Position numbers and translations under genes: made by a program. Shown piece by piece: positions 25,417-38,158 of a stretch of 64,000 bases of DNA. The notes beneath the pieces are model-generated. The model saw only the letters and a list, made by a program, of their open reading frames with translations, had not been told where the DNA came from and made no database searches. This DNA is from Takakia lepidozioides (lineage: Eukaryota > Plantae > Bryophyta): NCBI GenBank assembly GCA_030704615.1, contig CM060733.1, positions 29,698,001 to 29,762,000 on the forward strand, in the 5' to 3' direction. Numbering within the stretch: the first letter of the stretch is position 1; the number at the start of each line of letters is the position of its first letter.

Positions 25417-28400
25417 TGCAATCTTGCCTTGTGCTCAACCACATCCACATGACCCAATGGCAATTCGAACAATTGCTACAGGTACTGCAGAGTAATTTCT
25501 ATATCTACTCCCCTCACCTGGGTTACTCCCGTCCTAGGCTCAAAGTTCTGAAGAAATTGAAGCATATACTGCCGATGATGCAATGGCCAGTCCTTGCGTA
25601 GCAGCCCCTCCAATCGCAACTCCCTCAGCAGTTGCACTGCTTGCGGTGTAGCAATTGTTTGCTTCTGCAGTAACGTGGTGCTCTTCACCCGGATATCCTC
25701 CATTCCCCTCACTCTCTTCATTCTAGACAAACAAAAAGGCCTTGTTTGAAACAGCTGAAGAAAAGCTTGCAGGGCACAGAGCATAAAGGTATGGTTGGCA
25801 CAGAATGGAACAGGTAAGAGCGTGTAAACCTGTGGGGCTTGCAAGTATCGAGTGAGAGAGAATGTACTCTCGATTCGTTCGTCCTTGCGCCACTGCGTGA
25901 GTAGTAAAGCGAGCGTGTAATCCGTTATATCCGCCATAGCTACAAAGCTATAGCTTTGATTGCCCCTCCCGTCGAGACACGGGCTATTTGGAGCCACCCC
26001 GACTCTTCCGCTCATAACTCTTCCGATTTCTTGTTCTTGTTTCTTGGAGGGAACCACCTGCATGAAATTCTCGCTCCTGATTGGCTGTTGCTTGCATAGG
26101 TATTTTTTTAATTCTACCCCCCTCCGTGGACATTCCCACCTTGCTTGCACCAAAGCCGAGTACCCAGGGCTCAGAGATGTTGGCCAAATACTGAACGTTC
26201 TGTTTGCCATGAAACAGAACCAACAGTATTTGAGCAGGTCATTCATAGAGGAGATACTGAAAGCCTTGCGAGGAGAGGATGTAGCTTGAGCAGAGTTAAT
26301 GTACAATGGTCTGATGGAAGAGATGAAGAGGTTACAGGGCACTGCTGCTAAGTCTCTGATCATCGTGTCTGGCCCAGTCATTGCTCAGATTATTCTTGAC
26401 TCTTGCATACTTGATGCGCGAGATTGTAAGGAGATGGGAGTGTTTGAGGCAGCAACCACTGCAATGGAGGAGCAGGGTTCTTCACATAGTGAGGGTGGAC
26501 TGCAGAGCAACACCAGTCTAAGAGACAGAAGAGGGGTATGACTGTAGTGGTGGATCCACTGGCTTCAAGAAAGTAGCAAGATGATGTTTCCCAAGCTCTT
26601 GTCCAGGATGGGGCACAACAGCACAGAGAGGGCTGTTATTACTAAAAGCACGACCTTTGGAGAGGGAAGAAGAAGTCACTTTGGTACCACAGCCATCACA
26701 GCCAGTTGAATCGGTTGTCTCAGAGGTACCTCAGTTAGTACATGCTGTTCCACCAGAGCCTATTGCTCTGGAAAGAGAAGGGTTGGACATTCCCACTACA
26801 GAGCAGGTTGTGGCAGAAATTGAGAAGGGTGACCTTTTCTATGAAAACTCTGGCTTGGTCAGGGAATCAGTGGTACCAGAGGTGCAGAGTCTGTCCAGGG
26901 AAATCTTTGTTGTGCATGTAATACCCACACCTGTGACGGAGGTACTAGGGGTAGAATATAAGGACACTGCAGCACCTGTGGAGGATGAGGTGGTTCAGGA
27001 AGAGGATCTGGTGGGGCAATGGCTTGAATGGTTGGTGAAGCATCACACTATGGAGGATCAAGGAGAACAACATCAAATTCACCATGATGACCCCCAACAG
27101 GCCATGCTTATGAGTTCCATAAGCATGACACTCAATTTGTTGGGCACTTATGTGAAATCCCATGTTCCATCTACCCAATTGGCAGCTTTGAGGGAGGAAC
27201 TCAGGAATGAGTTTGAGACTTGAATTGCCACTGAGTGTGCTAACAAGGTAGATGAGGAGATCAATCTCAAGTTACAGCAAGAGTTGGAGGACACAAAGGC
27301 TGCCTTGCAGTTGGCTAAGGGACATTTGATTGAAGCAGATCTCGAGCAGGACCAGTTGCATGAAGCACATAAACAACAATTATACCAATTGCAGGTGAAG
27401 CATGAGGGCAAGTTGCAAGAAGTGAACGTACTACATACAGAGTTGGAGGCAGTACATCAGAGGATGACCATACAATGTGCTACACTAACAACTGCTCTAG
27501 AGCAAACTGCATTAGAAGTTAACAGACAAGGGGAGAGATGTATGATGGCAGAATCTGAGATAATAGAGCAAGGGAAACTCATTGTTGATTTGCAGGTTAC
27601 AATCTGTCGCAATGAGAAGACTTTCCAACAGTACAGACAAGTTGAGGCTGACCAGGAGAGGTACATCCTGGAGTTGCAGCAAACAGTCATGGTCAATAGA
27701 ATTGAACTCTCTGTGGCTAACAAGGCTTGGAAGGAAGCCAATAATCTGGCTGCTGCCTATGTGGGCCTGGTTGAACCTCATGCGAAGCGCATGGAGGCTT
27801 TATAGCAGCAGTTAGATGTGTACAGACTCACGGAGGAGCAGATTCTCAGGGGTGCCACACAGGACTTGGTGGATAACCACCTTATGCAGTTATGGTTAGC
27901 ACAAGGACCGGTAGAAGGCAAAGCACCAAGGAAACTCACCCAGGGCGAGATGAATGAGCTCAGATTGCAGGTGCAGAACATTGCCACAATTACTATCGAC
28001 AATGTCTATAGTAGAATAGCGGAGCTACAGGAGGACGTGGAAGGCCTGCAGACTCAAGTGGATGACCTGAGTTCAAATATTGACAAGAGAGTCTTTGTTC
28101 CTGAGGAGCAGCTGATGACTACTTATTTACATGCCAGGACTCTAATTTTTCAGTCTCTTCGCAGGGGGTGCATGAGATGTCGGTCGTAGAAGGGCCAGTG
28201 GTACCAATACCACAACAGGTGCTTGTGAAGGTAGCTGACCATGTTGCTACTACAGCAAAACCACACCCTGAGGTATGGGGGGATGCTGCTTTTAACCCAC
28301 CTAGGACTCATGCTGCACGGGAGTACAGTCGGGCTATGATTATGCCTTTCAACCAAATTCCCATTGTGCTGGATTTGGCTTGGAAGGAATTTAGTCCTCC

Positions 28401-29346
28401 GCAGTCGTTGGCACATTACTACTAGATCATGCGCATTTGGTTGCCAGTGGCAACTCGGACTAAGGTTCTTCCGAACAATCAACCCATTGAGGATCATCAC
28501 TTTGCAAGGTACTGGTCTGAGGCATGTACCATGCTGAAGGAATTAATTGCCTTCCAGGTTGTACATGGGTACATCTATACCAAGACCAAGGAGGTATCTA
28601 GTATTGTCATGGGCTGTGGATTATACTATGCTGCTTGTTTTATGGCACGTTATCACATTGAGCAGCAGAAGATGCAATCACGAGTTCTGAGTTATTCCAG
28701 TGGGGATCATTGGGTCTTACCTTCAGTGCCACCTCATATGTACTTCTATGATGCAAAAGTTATGATGCAGAAGGATTCCCAACTTCGTTCATGGTTTAAT
28801 TCGGCTTGGAACAATTTGGCAACAGAGAAATTCGGCCCTGATGATATTTTCTTTAAGGGACATGAAGCCTGGAAATACTTACACTATTCCAAAGTCATTG
28901 GCACACCTCTCACCTATACGGCTAAGGAGTTCAGGGCGTTCACTAATTTTGCTTGCAAGCGCTTACAGCAAGTCGTACAGTTTAAACTTCCAGACATGGT
29001 GGGCCCACATTGTATGCCACGCAGGATTCCCGAGAAGCCACTTAAAGTTCGGCCGTTAAAACACCTAAGGGGGGACGAGGATTCTGATACTATTGGTTCT
29101 TCATAGGACTTTTTTGACATGGCAGAGGACTATGCACTTCAGATGGCAGAGAAGAAACGACGGGGATCTCCTATGCTTGAGAGGTTACCTCGTTATCAGC
29201 CAAAGGAGGGTCAGACATTTCCAGGTAGTGCTCAATCGCCTCCATCAGCCAGTGACAGGACTCGGGCTCACACACGGAGTCCTTCACGAGACTCTCACCG
29301 ACAGAAGGGTGCTCACTCACAAAGGTTTGCTGATCCCAAACAGTAA
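25417..29346 (+). pseudogene. Large retrotransposon accessory ORF (plant-transposon-protein-like N-terminus, coiled coil, unknown C-terminus); its first ~100 codons lie inverted on the minus strand
   Basis: Minus-strand MKRVRGMEDIRVK...QFLQNFEPRTGVTQVRGVDIEITLQYL*QLFELP...EHKARL joins in frame at TTGCA to plus-strand HRYFFNSTP...KALRGEDVA*AELMYNGLMEEMKRLQ... ORFs 26657-29346 continue it. Confidence 0.7.
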
Positions 29347-29384
29347 ACCGTGAGGACACAACTTTTTGAGAGGGGGAGGGGTAA

Positions 29385-30436
29385 TGTTAGAGGGCTGCTT
29401 GGGACTTAGACGCTTTTACGAGTTCTGTGGGGTACCCTTAATTTTTGCACAGACTTATGAATGGTAGACTGAGACCAACAGGAGCCTTAGGGGTGGCAGA
29501 TGCAGGCTTTAAGGGGGGTAGACAGCTTGTCACAGTTTATCACAGCCAGACACAGCCCGACACAGCTTCGCACAGCCAGTCACAGCCCGACACAGCTTTA
29601 CACAGCCCGTCACACTCTATCACAGCTAGACACAGTCTGACACAGTCGACACAGCTTCGCATAGCCAGTCACAGCCCGACACAGCTTTACACAGCCCGTC
29701 ACAGTCTATCACAGCCAGACACAGTCTGACACAGCCCGACACAGCTTCGCACAGCCAGTCACAGCCCGACATAGCTTTAAACAGCCAGTCCCATCTCGGC
29801 ACAGCTTGACACAGCCTGTCACAGTGTACATGGGGAACAGTTATCATTGACAGGGAACGACTGTGTGGGAACGACATCTGCAGAGGGAACGTGTTGCTTC
29901 AGGGGTGACGGTTAGAACAGCTTGCGGGTAGATTAGGCAGGGCGGCAACAGAAAGAGATCACTTCTTGAGGAGGGCGACTTGTTCAGGAGAGGAGGAGAC
30001 GTAACGGAGAGCGGAAACAGTGAAGAGGAGATGATGACTTGATTGAGGCTTAATTCATGCAAGCTGTAAAATTATACAATAGGGTAGATTAGGGACACCA
30101 TAGCATAGGCATGATACATGATTAATCTTAATCCGATACTAAATCGATACAAACATACTGTGTAGAGAGACATGAGAGAAGCTGTGGAATGAATGCATGA
30201 TTAATTGGAACTTAGTAGATTACTGAAGCAATCTGATGCTTCAGTATACACGGTAAGGTAAATTGATAACATGAAGGCAAGAAGGAATACAAATAGGAAG
30301 CACAACCATGATTCACTAGCTGTAGGTCATGACTGATTGTTCTGAGCGGGCTGAGTGCTTAGAGATATCCAACTCTTCTATCTTGGAGTTTCCACCTCGG
30401 ATAGCGAAGGGATGGGTGAGTAAAAGCCGCTCGACA
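29385..30436 (+). repeat. Gypsy 3' LTR (1052 bp)
   Basis: Copy of the 5' LTR with about 90 bp more of the cacagc tandem array; preceded by the PPT. Confidence 0.93.
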
Positions 30437-31140
30437 GAGCAGTTTCTCTACATTGTCCAACCCCCGCACGATATACTAGGCACACTGCATTCGCTGCTCA
30501 AGTGCAAACTTGAAAGTAAACCAGTCCTTCGTGAAAGGTGTTCCTTTCTCTGGCTTTGCAGTCTTGGAGACATTTCCTCTGACTTTTGCCCACTCATAAA
30601 ACACTTGAATGAATGACATCACGTAAAAGCCACACTCCCAGTTGAATGGTGACTGGGGCACATCAGGTGCATGGAACTGAAATGCTTGGACAATCTCATG
30701 CCACTCCGGTGAGTCCATCGAGTACCCTAAGCACTCAACATGAAGCTTCCGAATCCACCCTAGAACAAAGGGACAACTATGCAAGTCCCTGATAGAGTTT
30801 AGGTGAGTGTAACAGCCCTTGCGGAGGTTGATGATACAAACACTCCAGTGCCCCCTGCAATGGTATCAAACAACATGGCGTCATTGCACAGTCATGATGG
30901 GCAGACTCAACAGACTGGCACTCAGCAGACCGAGCACTCAGCAGACTCAACAGACTCAATCTTCAAACCTAGTCCACTAGACAGATACACAGCCCAACTT
31001 AATCGCTCATAGTCAAGAGGACACTGCGGAACCAGACTCTGACTCAGGAGACTTAGTCTCAGCAGACTTGGCAGAGTTCTTACTGGTCCCCAATTGGCAC
31101 GAAAATAAAATCGCACTCTTTCAAGTCCTTGCCCAGTCGT
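30437..31140 (-). pseudogene. Ulp1-like (peptidase C48) SUMO protease domain carried by the MULE
   Basis: KECDFIFVPIGDQ|intron|GHWSVCIINLRKGCYTHLNS...DVPQSPFNWECGFYVMSFI. His and Cys motifs are present and the catalytic Asp position is N. The 3' end is interrupted by the Gypsy insertion. Confidence 0.8.
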
Positions 31141-31699
31141 TCAGTGCTGAGGCAACCTTTGAAGACCTCCACAAGGCTTTCATGTTGCCCCGCCCCCAAT
31201 GACTTCAACACCGTCCACGTCCACGTTGGAAGAAGAGCAATAGTCTCGGTGAACGCAGCCTCAACCGACTTCTCATAGAATCGACACCACAGCTCCAGGA
31301 GTCTATCTGTGGACTCCGACTCAACCTTTCCAAGCGCCTTTATGTCATCCGGCGTTAGTCCGCATTCAAACCGTGGGTCAGCATCAGTATGGAATTACCC
31401 GCCTTGACGTGCAGACCATGTGCTTTGCCAAATCGAGCAACCATCCTGCACAGAGCAGACCATCCTTCGGTAAGTCTCATGTACTGAACAAACTGACGAC
31501 AACATGGTACAAACACTCTACAGGCTGAACAATTCATCAGTAGCCTGAACACTCAGTTCCGCACGAGGTTGACAGTACTGGCAGACTGAGCACAGCAGAC
31601 CGGTTTGGAGAGCAGACTGTGTAGAACATGGCAGACCGAGCAGACTGACAAGACTGACCAGTCTCAGACAATGATGACAATGGGCGAGCAAACTGACCA

Positions 31700-34600
31700 C
31701 AACAGACCGCAAAGCACTTAACGACAAAGACAGACGACCAAGGCCGCGGTTTTTGTTCATAAAGACGTTAGACTTTTTCTTCGCAGGTCTCTTGGTACTC
31801 GGACCCTCCTCAACCTCCTCAGCATGGTCCACGATGGTCCGCTTCTTGGCTTTGCCGAGCTCCCCTGGGAAGCAAGGACAGTTGTAGGCGGGCTGGATAG
31901 AGCAGACAAACGCAGCGCTGCCGCCCTACTTCGCAACAGAAGCTGGTCAGCAAGTTTGTTTACACTTGCTGGACTTGTCTTTGCAGCTTCATGGGTCGCA
32001 TGCGTGCTCGGCTGCCGGTTGTTCGTCAGTCCTTTCATCTGTGAACTGTGCAGTCTGCTAACCACTCTGCGGTCCAGTCTCTTCCTCAATATGGGCAGTG
32101 TGCTCGGTGGCAAGTTGGTCATCAGTCCTTCCCTCTGTGAAGTGTGCAGTCTGCTGGTCAGGCCACGGTTGAGTCTGTTCTTCACTGAGCTGTGTAGTCT
32201 GCCACTCTAAGCTATCCTGGTCAGTCTTTCTCTCTATGACCTGTGCAGTCTGCTGGTTAGTTTGCGGTTCAGTCCGGTCATCAATGAAGTCAGTTTGCTG
32301 GCCCGCCGCAGGTTGCTCGGCAGTCCTTCCATGTGTCGACTGTTCAGTCTGCTGGTCAGTCTGGTGGACAGCCGGCTGGGTGTTCTGATCTTGTAGGCCG
32401 AGGAACAATCAACTTCTCCATGGACTTGGGAAACATCCAGAACATCTATGGAAGACCCACCGGCAATTGCATCCTCAGACTCTTCTGTAAGGTCTATGAT
32501 ACGGTTTTGTGTTCCCGGATTGAGTTCGGTCATCACGTAAGACTCGTCTATGCAAGATTGAGCTGGAAGGTCATAGAAGGCAGACCACAGGGAGCTGGAT
32601 AATAATGCTTTATCGGTGACCTGATGACATCGTCAGTGAATATGCATGGGGAAAAGTAAACTCGTTCAAAACACTCATACTGGCATATCCAAAAACATGT
32701 TATTGGGAACTTTGCAGAAATTCGTCCACAGGGTCCCGGTGAGGCCAGTGCATCCGAGTCTGTTGCACAATCCACGGAACAGACTGGCTGTTAGTCTCCT
32801 GGACAGTCTATTCGGCCATCTGCTGAGTGGGTTTGACAGTGTGCTGTACAGTCTGTTGAGGGGCAATCTGCTGGCTGGGTTCGCCAGTCTGCTGCTCAGT
32901 TTGCTGAGGGCAGTCTGCGCCATGTTTGCTGGTCTGCTGTACAGTCGGATTAAGGGTAGTCTATTGGCCGGTCTGTTCGCCGGTCTGCAGCAAAATCTTC
33001 AAAGTGCTCTGCCCGCTCAGTAGTGTTTGCACATACTGAGTATGTGTGTGCGGGGCAGTTTGCTAGGAGTGGTCCGGCCTACTACCCGGGATGGTCTGGT
33101 GCACATGCTCGGTCTCCAGCACTTGGGCAGTTTGCCCACATGTGTCGTGGGGAATATGTTGTTGGACATTCTCGTGGCCAGTCTGTTTGACAGTCTCCTG
33201 AACTCTTTGTAAAGCCAGGACAACGTCCCTTGCACCTCTGGCAAAAGAGTCGAAAGCAGCCTGCACTTGTTTGTCTCCCAGATCAACTTGCCCTGCAACA
33301 CATGTTTCTGCAAATGTGAACTTATAAAAAAGATGGCAAAAAGAAATGGAACTGAAACACGAAAGATGCCCATAACATTTTACCTTCCAAGAAATTTCCA
33401 ACGAGGCCAATGTCCTTGATTTGCCGGCACAAATATGCTCCATTGAGATGAGCAATGGCGCCAATGCGGTCTTCAGTGGGGGTCCCACACCACATGACTT
33501 TGAAGACATTGGGATTCTGCAAAAGAATGTCGAATATTGCTCGCTCCATCACCAATGCAAACCACTGCAACGCGCCATCCACCACAAACTTCTGTGACTG
33601 GTCTATTCCATGGAGCAAGTCCATCCTCAAACTATGCAGATCCTTCATCAACTTGCAGAAATTGCCAAATTGCATCCATCTGTGCTGTAGGAAGGAAGCT
33701 GCCATGCGCTCAAAGTCCTCCTCAGTCAATCCGAACAAATGCTTTCTTCTCCCCCCAAAGGTTGGATGTGCCATAGGCCTGAGGTCTTCAGGCCGTGGGT
33801 CATCCATGAGAATCAGTTGCACAAGTAGAGGCGATACATTTTGGACGGTTGTGGCTTCAATGGCAACAGCAGAGGCCCGACTTCCAGAACATGGTTGGCT
33901 TCCTCAATAGAAAACTCCATGGAATAATGAAAGGGTACAAATGACCACCGGCGGTCCGCAACAATCTGGTGAAGCTCATTATGCCAATCCAAATGGGGAT
34001 TAATTTCTCCCCACCTAAGCCGGGGAAGTGTTAGGTCTTCAGCTCCGGGTCGAATTACAGGTGATGGCGATCGCCAAACGCAAAAAGAGTCGTGCTATGT
34101 GGGAGAAAGGCAGTCTGCTGGATGGCAGATCTTCCCATGGGCATGGGCTGCATGGTGGGCTCCTGGAGAGGAGTCTACAGGATGACAGGCTGCTCGTTGG
34201 GAGTCTGCTAGATGACAGGCTGCTGAATGGGAGTTTGCTGGATGACAACATGTTGAATGGCCGTCTGCTGGATGACGGCTTGCTGAATGGGAGTCTGCTG
34301 GATGGTATACTCGGCTGTCCCAGTCTCATCCCCCCTCGACACGTGTTCAATATGTAATGCCGCTATAGCAGCAGATGACCCATGATACTTCAACAATATG
34401 TACTTCCGCACGCGGTCACTACTACAGTGGGGGGGGGGGGTGGGTTTAGCGATGCCCCAGCGACCTCCAACTGCCGCGATTAGCGACGAAAATACTCTAC
34501 GGCGCCCGGGGCGCGCCAGGGGCATTTTGCGACGTCAGGAAGTCGCAGAGATGTCGCTCCCGGAACGTCGCTAATTAGCGTCGTCGGGGAATCGCAAACC

Positions 34601-37500
34601 CCCCGGGACCCACGGGCCAGGGCGCCGGCGCGACTTGCGACGTCTGGGCATAAAAAAAAAAAAACGTTTATTTCTGCGACGCCACATAAGGGACGTCCGG
34701 GGGTCGTAAATGCGACCCCCGGACGTCACAGTTTAGGGGGGTACATTTGAATTTAGATGGGAAAATTTGAAATTTGAATTTCAAAAACTAGTTGACCATT
34801 GACTTTGCGTTCACCACTGACTCCGGTTTTGTCCAATGGCAGTTCATACATTGTTCTACATATATTAGGCAATGCATACTTGAACCTAGGATCTCTCATT
34901 ATAACATTTCTAAGACACTACACACTAACCAACAAATCTACAATACATCTACGTATTACAAAAGCAATCAAAGTATATATATACATATCAAGAGTTAGCT
35001 CCTACATTGACCAATAGATTGAACATGCTGGCAGGCACATTGACGAAGAACCACATGCGGCACAGACACAGTCTGGTCTAGCGCTAGATTACATGGAGTC
35101 TGCTCCCTCACCCCTTGGGCAGGTTGTGCCCTGCCCTCTTTCAGCACTGTTCTTTATGTTTTAGCACATTGTGAAATTGGGCTAATTCGCCATTTTGCTC
35201 GGTATTCTTACAGGATGTTCATCCCTCTGTCGGCAGACTGTCTACTTCTGAGGACATGACATCTTCCGCCCATGCTGCAAACGTGGGATCGACAACCAAG
35301 AAAGGTGTGGTGGTGAGCACGCCCCCCATTGTGTTGCAGATTATGCGTACTCTACAGGAGCTCTCACACCTGGAATTTGCACCGAGACTTGTCCCCAGGG
35401 TTCGTCAAGAACAAATATCTATCAATGGCCTAAGTTTTGCAAAACTGCATTGCAACTTATTGTTGGACAACGGCTGTAGTCTGAGGATGCCAAGCCCATT
35501 ATGCTCTACAATGTACTCCCAAAATCAATTTTCCGCGACGCCCCCAGGACGCCGGGGAATCGCAGCGTAGCAGCCCCAGCGACGGCGGGGAATCGTAAAT
35601 TATTTTTTTTTTTAAAAAGAAAAAAAAGAAAAAAAACGGGTTGTTTTTTTTTTTTTTTTTTTTTTTGGGCATTGCGATTCCCCGCCATCGCAGGAACGCC
35701 CGACCGTCGCAGGGCTGCGACGCCTCGTTGCGATTCCCCGGCGTCGCAGCATCCCGGGAGCGTCGCAGCGAATTGTTGCGACGCCAGGGCATCGCAACCC
35801 CCCCAACGCGTTGGCGGGGAATGGGGTCAGGCCCCTTTCCGGCGACGGCATGACATTGCAAGATGCCACAACGTCGTCCGAGCGCCGGCGTTGCGATGCC
35901 CCGACGTCACAAGTCCCGGGCCGAGCGCATGTGCGACGCTGCAATCGCAGGGGGGTCGGCGCGTCCGGCACACCCGGGGTCCCCGGCGTCGCTAACCCCC
36001 TCTAAACGTAGTAGTGGGTCCACTTTCGCACGCACCGCAGTCACTTGTAAAATAACATCGTTGCTCGGTATCCGCCAAGCTTGAATGGCCCTACGAATAT
36101 AAACACATTCATCCTGGTATACGGCATAGAACTTGGACGTCAGGAACATAGACGTGGACTCTATATTCACCTCATGCAGCGGATTGGACTCACATACCAG
36201 CAGACTCACAGACGTGACGTACGTACGTACGGTGGAACCAACTAGTAGACTGTACCAGTAAACTGGACCAACGGACCGGACCAACGGACTAACAAACAGA
36301 CTCAGTAAGTAATGCAACGATATGAAACAGACTGACTGACGAGCGGACTGAGGAAAGAGCGCAACGGACTGACCAGACTGAACAGACAATGTGACCCCCA
36401 TGATGGACTCAAATAGCACAGTAAGCAGCACAGAGAACAGACTGGGGGGTCAAACTGACCATTACCTCCTCTACTTCTTCGTCGTCGTCTTCATCTTCAT
36501 CTTCAAAGCTGTTCAACCAGTTCTGTTCCGTCTGTCGGATGAATGTGTGTAGCAGACCTGACTGGGCAACTCTGTAGAAATAACGAAAGAAGTATGGATC
36601 CCCAATTGTTGGCACTCTGGTGGGAAAAGCCCAAAGTCAACGAGGCGCAATGTGCCAGGGCAGACTGGCCCTTCAGTGCTCTGTTGAGTATTTTGTTTCA
36701 ACCCTAAACCTCTGGCTTGGGGGTCGCGATATTTGTGTGAGTCTACTGCCCAGTCTGGTCAGGCAAGTCAATGTCCACTAGATTTGTCACCCCTTCTAGG
36801 CCTTCGAAGTCATCATTCCGGATAATGGTTTGCCCAACCTGAACAGATTCACTTTCAGTATCAGTACTGATGGTATGGGTCTGCCGCCCAGGATGGGGTT
36901 GAGTCTGCTGCGTGGATTTTGCCCTTGCCTCGCGAGCAGACCTTGCAGCCTTCTCCTTTTTTTGCCTTTTTTTTTTTTGGGCCCCATCACTCAGTTTACG
37001 TTTTCTGGCAGCGTCCGGCGTTCCCTGCACTCGCACATCGTCCATTGACGGGCCACCACAACGGACGCCATACCGTGCACGCACTTCCTCCAATTCAAAA
37101 GTGCAGGGGTCAAGTACTGATCCACGCATGCGCATTGTGGCCTCTTTGACAATCGACATTTTTTTCAGTATCGGCCAAGGCTTGAAATCCAGGGGAATCG
37201 TTGCAACAGTTTCTTTGCAACCCAAAGAAGGGACAGAAGAGCTTGTCCTTCTGCCAATTCGAGTTTTTGGGCTTCCGCGCACGGAGGTCTACAAATGCAC
37301 GACGGATGCAAGCCGCTATACTTGGTCACATAAACAGTCCCATCGTCCGATACGAAATCTGCAATACACGTCCCCATGTGTATACGCTTCCGCCATTTTC
37401 GCGCCTATGTTACCCATAGGTTCTTTTAACGAACTAAACTTGTGAAGGCTCTCATGAGGGATGTTGTACGAAGGGGTTAAACGTTTCATGACGGATCACA
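31700..37500 (-). pseudogene. Multi-exon MULE cargo gene(s) of unknown function, convergent with the transposase
   Basis: Series of minus-strand ORF segments (36743-37282 with KRK/KKKRQKK basic patch, acidic exon ~36460-36615, 36170-36017 + 34416-34208 rejoined across the CACTA, 33322-33822, PSTKRPAKKK at ~31790) upstream of the Ulp1 domain. Confidence 0.55.
34417..36016. mobile_element. Non-autonomous CACTA (En/Spm) element, 1.6 kb
   Basis: Termini CACTACTAC...GTAGTAGTG, 3-bp TSD GGT on both sides, GC-rich subterminal GCGAC/GTCGC repeats at both ends. Confidence 0.92.
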
Positions 37501-37774
37501 AGCAGAGGACGTTATCGAGAACAGATGTCCGCATTTTCCATATTTATGACATAGAACCACACCATAAAACGAAGATTCCCGAAAGCATAACAAGAAGACA
37601 AAAATAGTGGAAGCATATGCACGATGGTGGTTGTAGTGCCGAGACAGTCCTCTCATGTTCAAGCACACGCTTCATCATCATCATGAACATTGCGCGCAAA
37701 AGAGGAACATCGGACAACAAAGAGCCGTCAAAAGAGAGAGGCCGGGATTTGGTGGCAATATCATTGCCATTTTT

Positions 37775-38158
37775 CCAGCCCTAAAAATGGAGGGCTAGGA
37801 TGGATTATGGGAACGGACGGTGGAGATCCTGCGCCGTCAGCGGACTGGATGGCAGGGGACTGGCCAGCAGCGGGGCCAGTGGGCTAGCGGGCAGACTGGC
37901 GGACTGACAGACTGCTGGGCAGCGGACTGGCCAACAGCGGACCGGCAGATTGGAGGCCAGCGGACTCATGGGCGGGGGACTGGCGGGCGGAATGGCCGCG
38001 GCGAACGGGGGCGCGGGCGGGGCGTGTGTGAGCGCTGCTGGTTGGCCGCGGGCGCGGCTGGGCGACCGTGCGCAACGGCGGGCGGGGTGGGGTGGGGGGA
38101 GCATGGCGTCCATGCGCGGGGCCCACCGGCCACCTCGCCCGTGCCCATTGAAGACGCT
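37775..38158 (-). repeat. MULE right TIR
   Basis: Inverted copy of 12528-12866. Confidence 0.9.

Larger units (their letters stand above)
17246..30436 (+). mobile_element. Ty3/Gypsy LTR retrotransposon, non-chromovirus type, with extra ORFs
   Basis: Direct LTRs TGTTAG...TCGACA (17246-18209, 29385-30436), PBS tggcgatcatactgggga at 18212, PPT gagagggggaggg before the 3' LTR, domain order gag-PR-RT-RH-INT, no chromodomain. A TSD is not evident. Confidence 0.95.
12528..38158 (+). mobile_element. Mutator-like (MULE) DNA transposon, 25.6 kb including nested Gypsy and CACTA insertions
   Basis: Long GC-rich terminal inverted repeats (agcgtct..atgggcacg.gcgaggtggccggtgggcc.. and its reverse complement). 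Flanks tttaagataat (12517-12527) and tttaaggtagt (38159-38169) give a 9/11 TSD. Internal MULE transposase motifs. Confidence 0.9.

Noticed and set aside
25476-26381. 301-aa antisense ORF as a genuine antisense retrotransposon gene
   Set aside because: Better explained as a chimera created by the 25417-26096 inversion.
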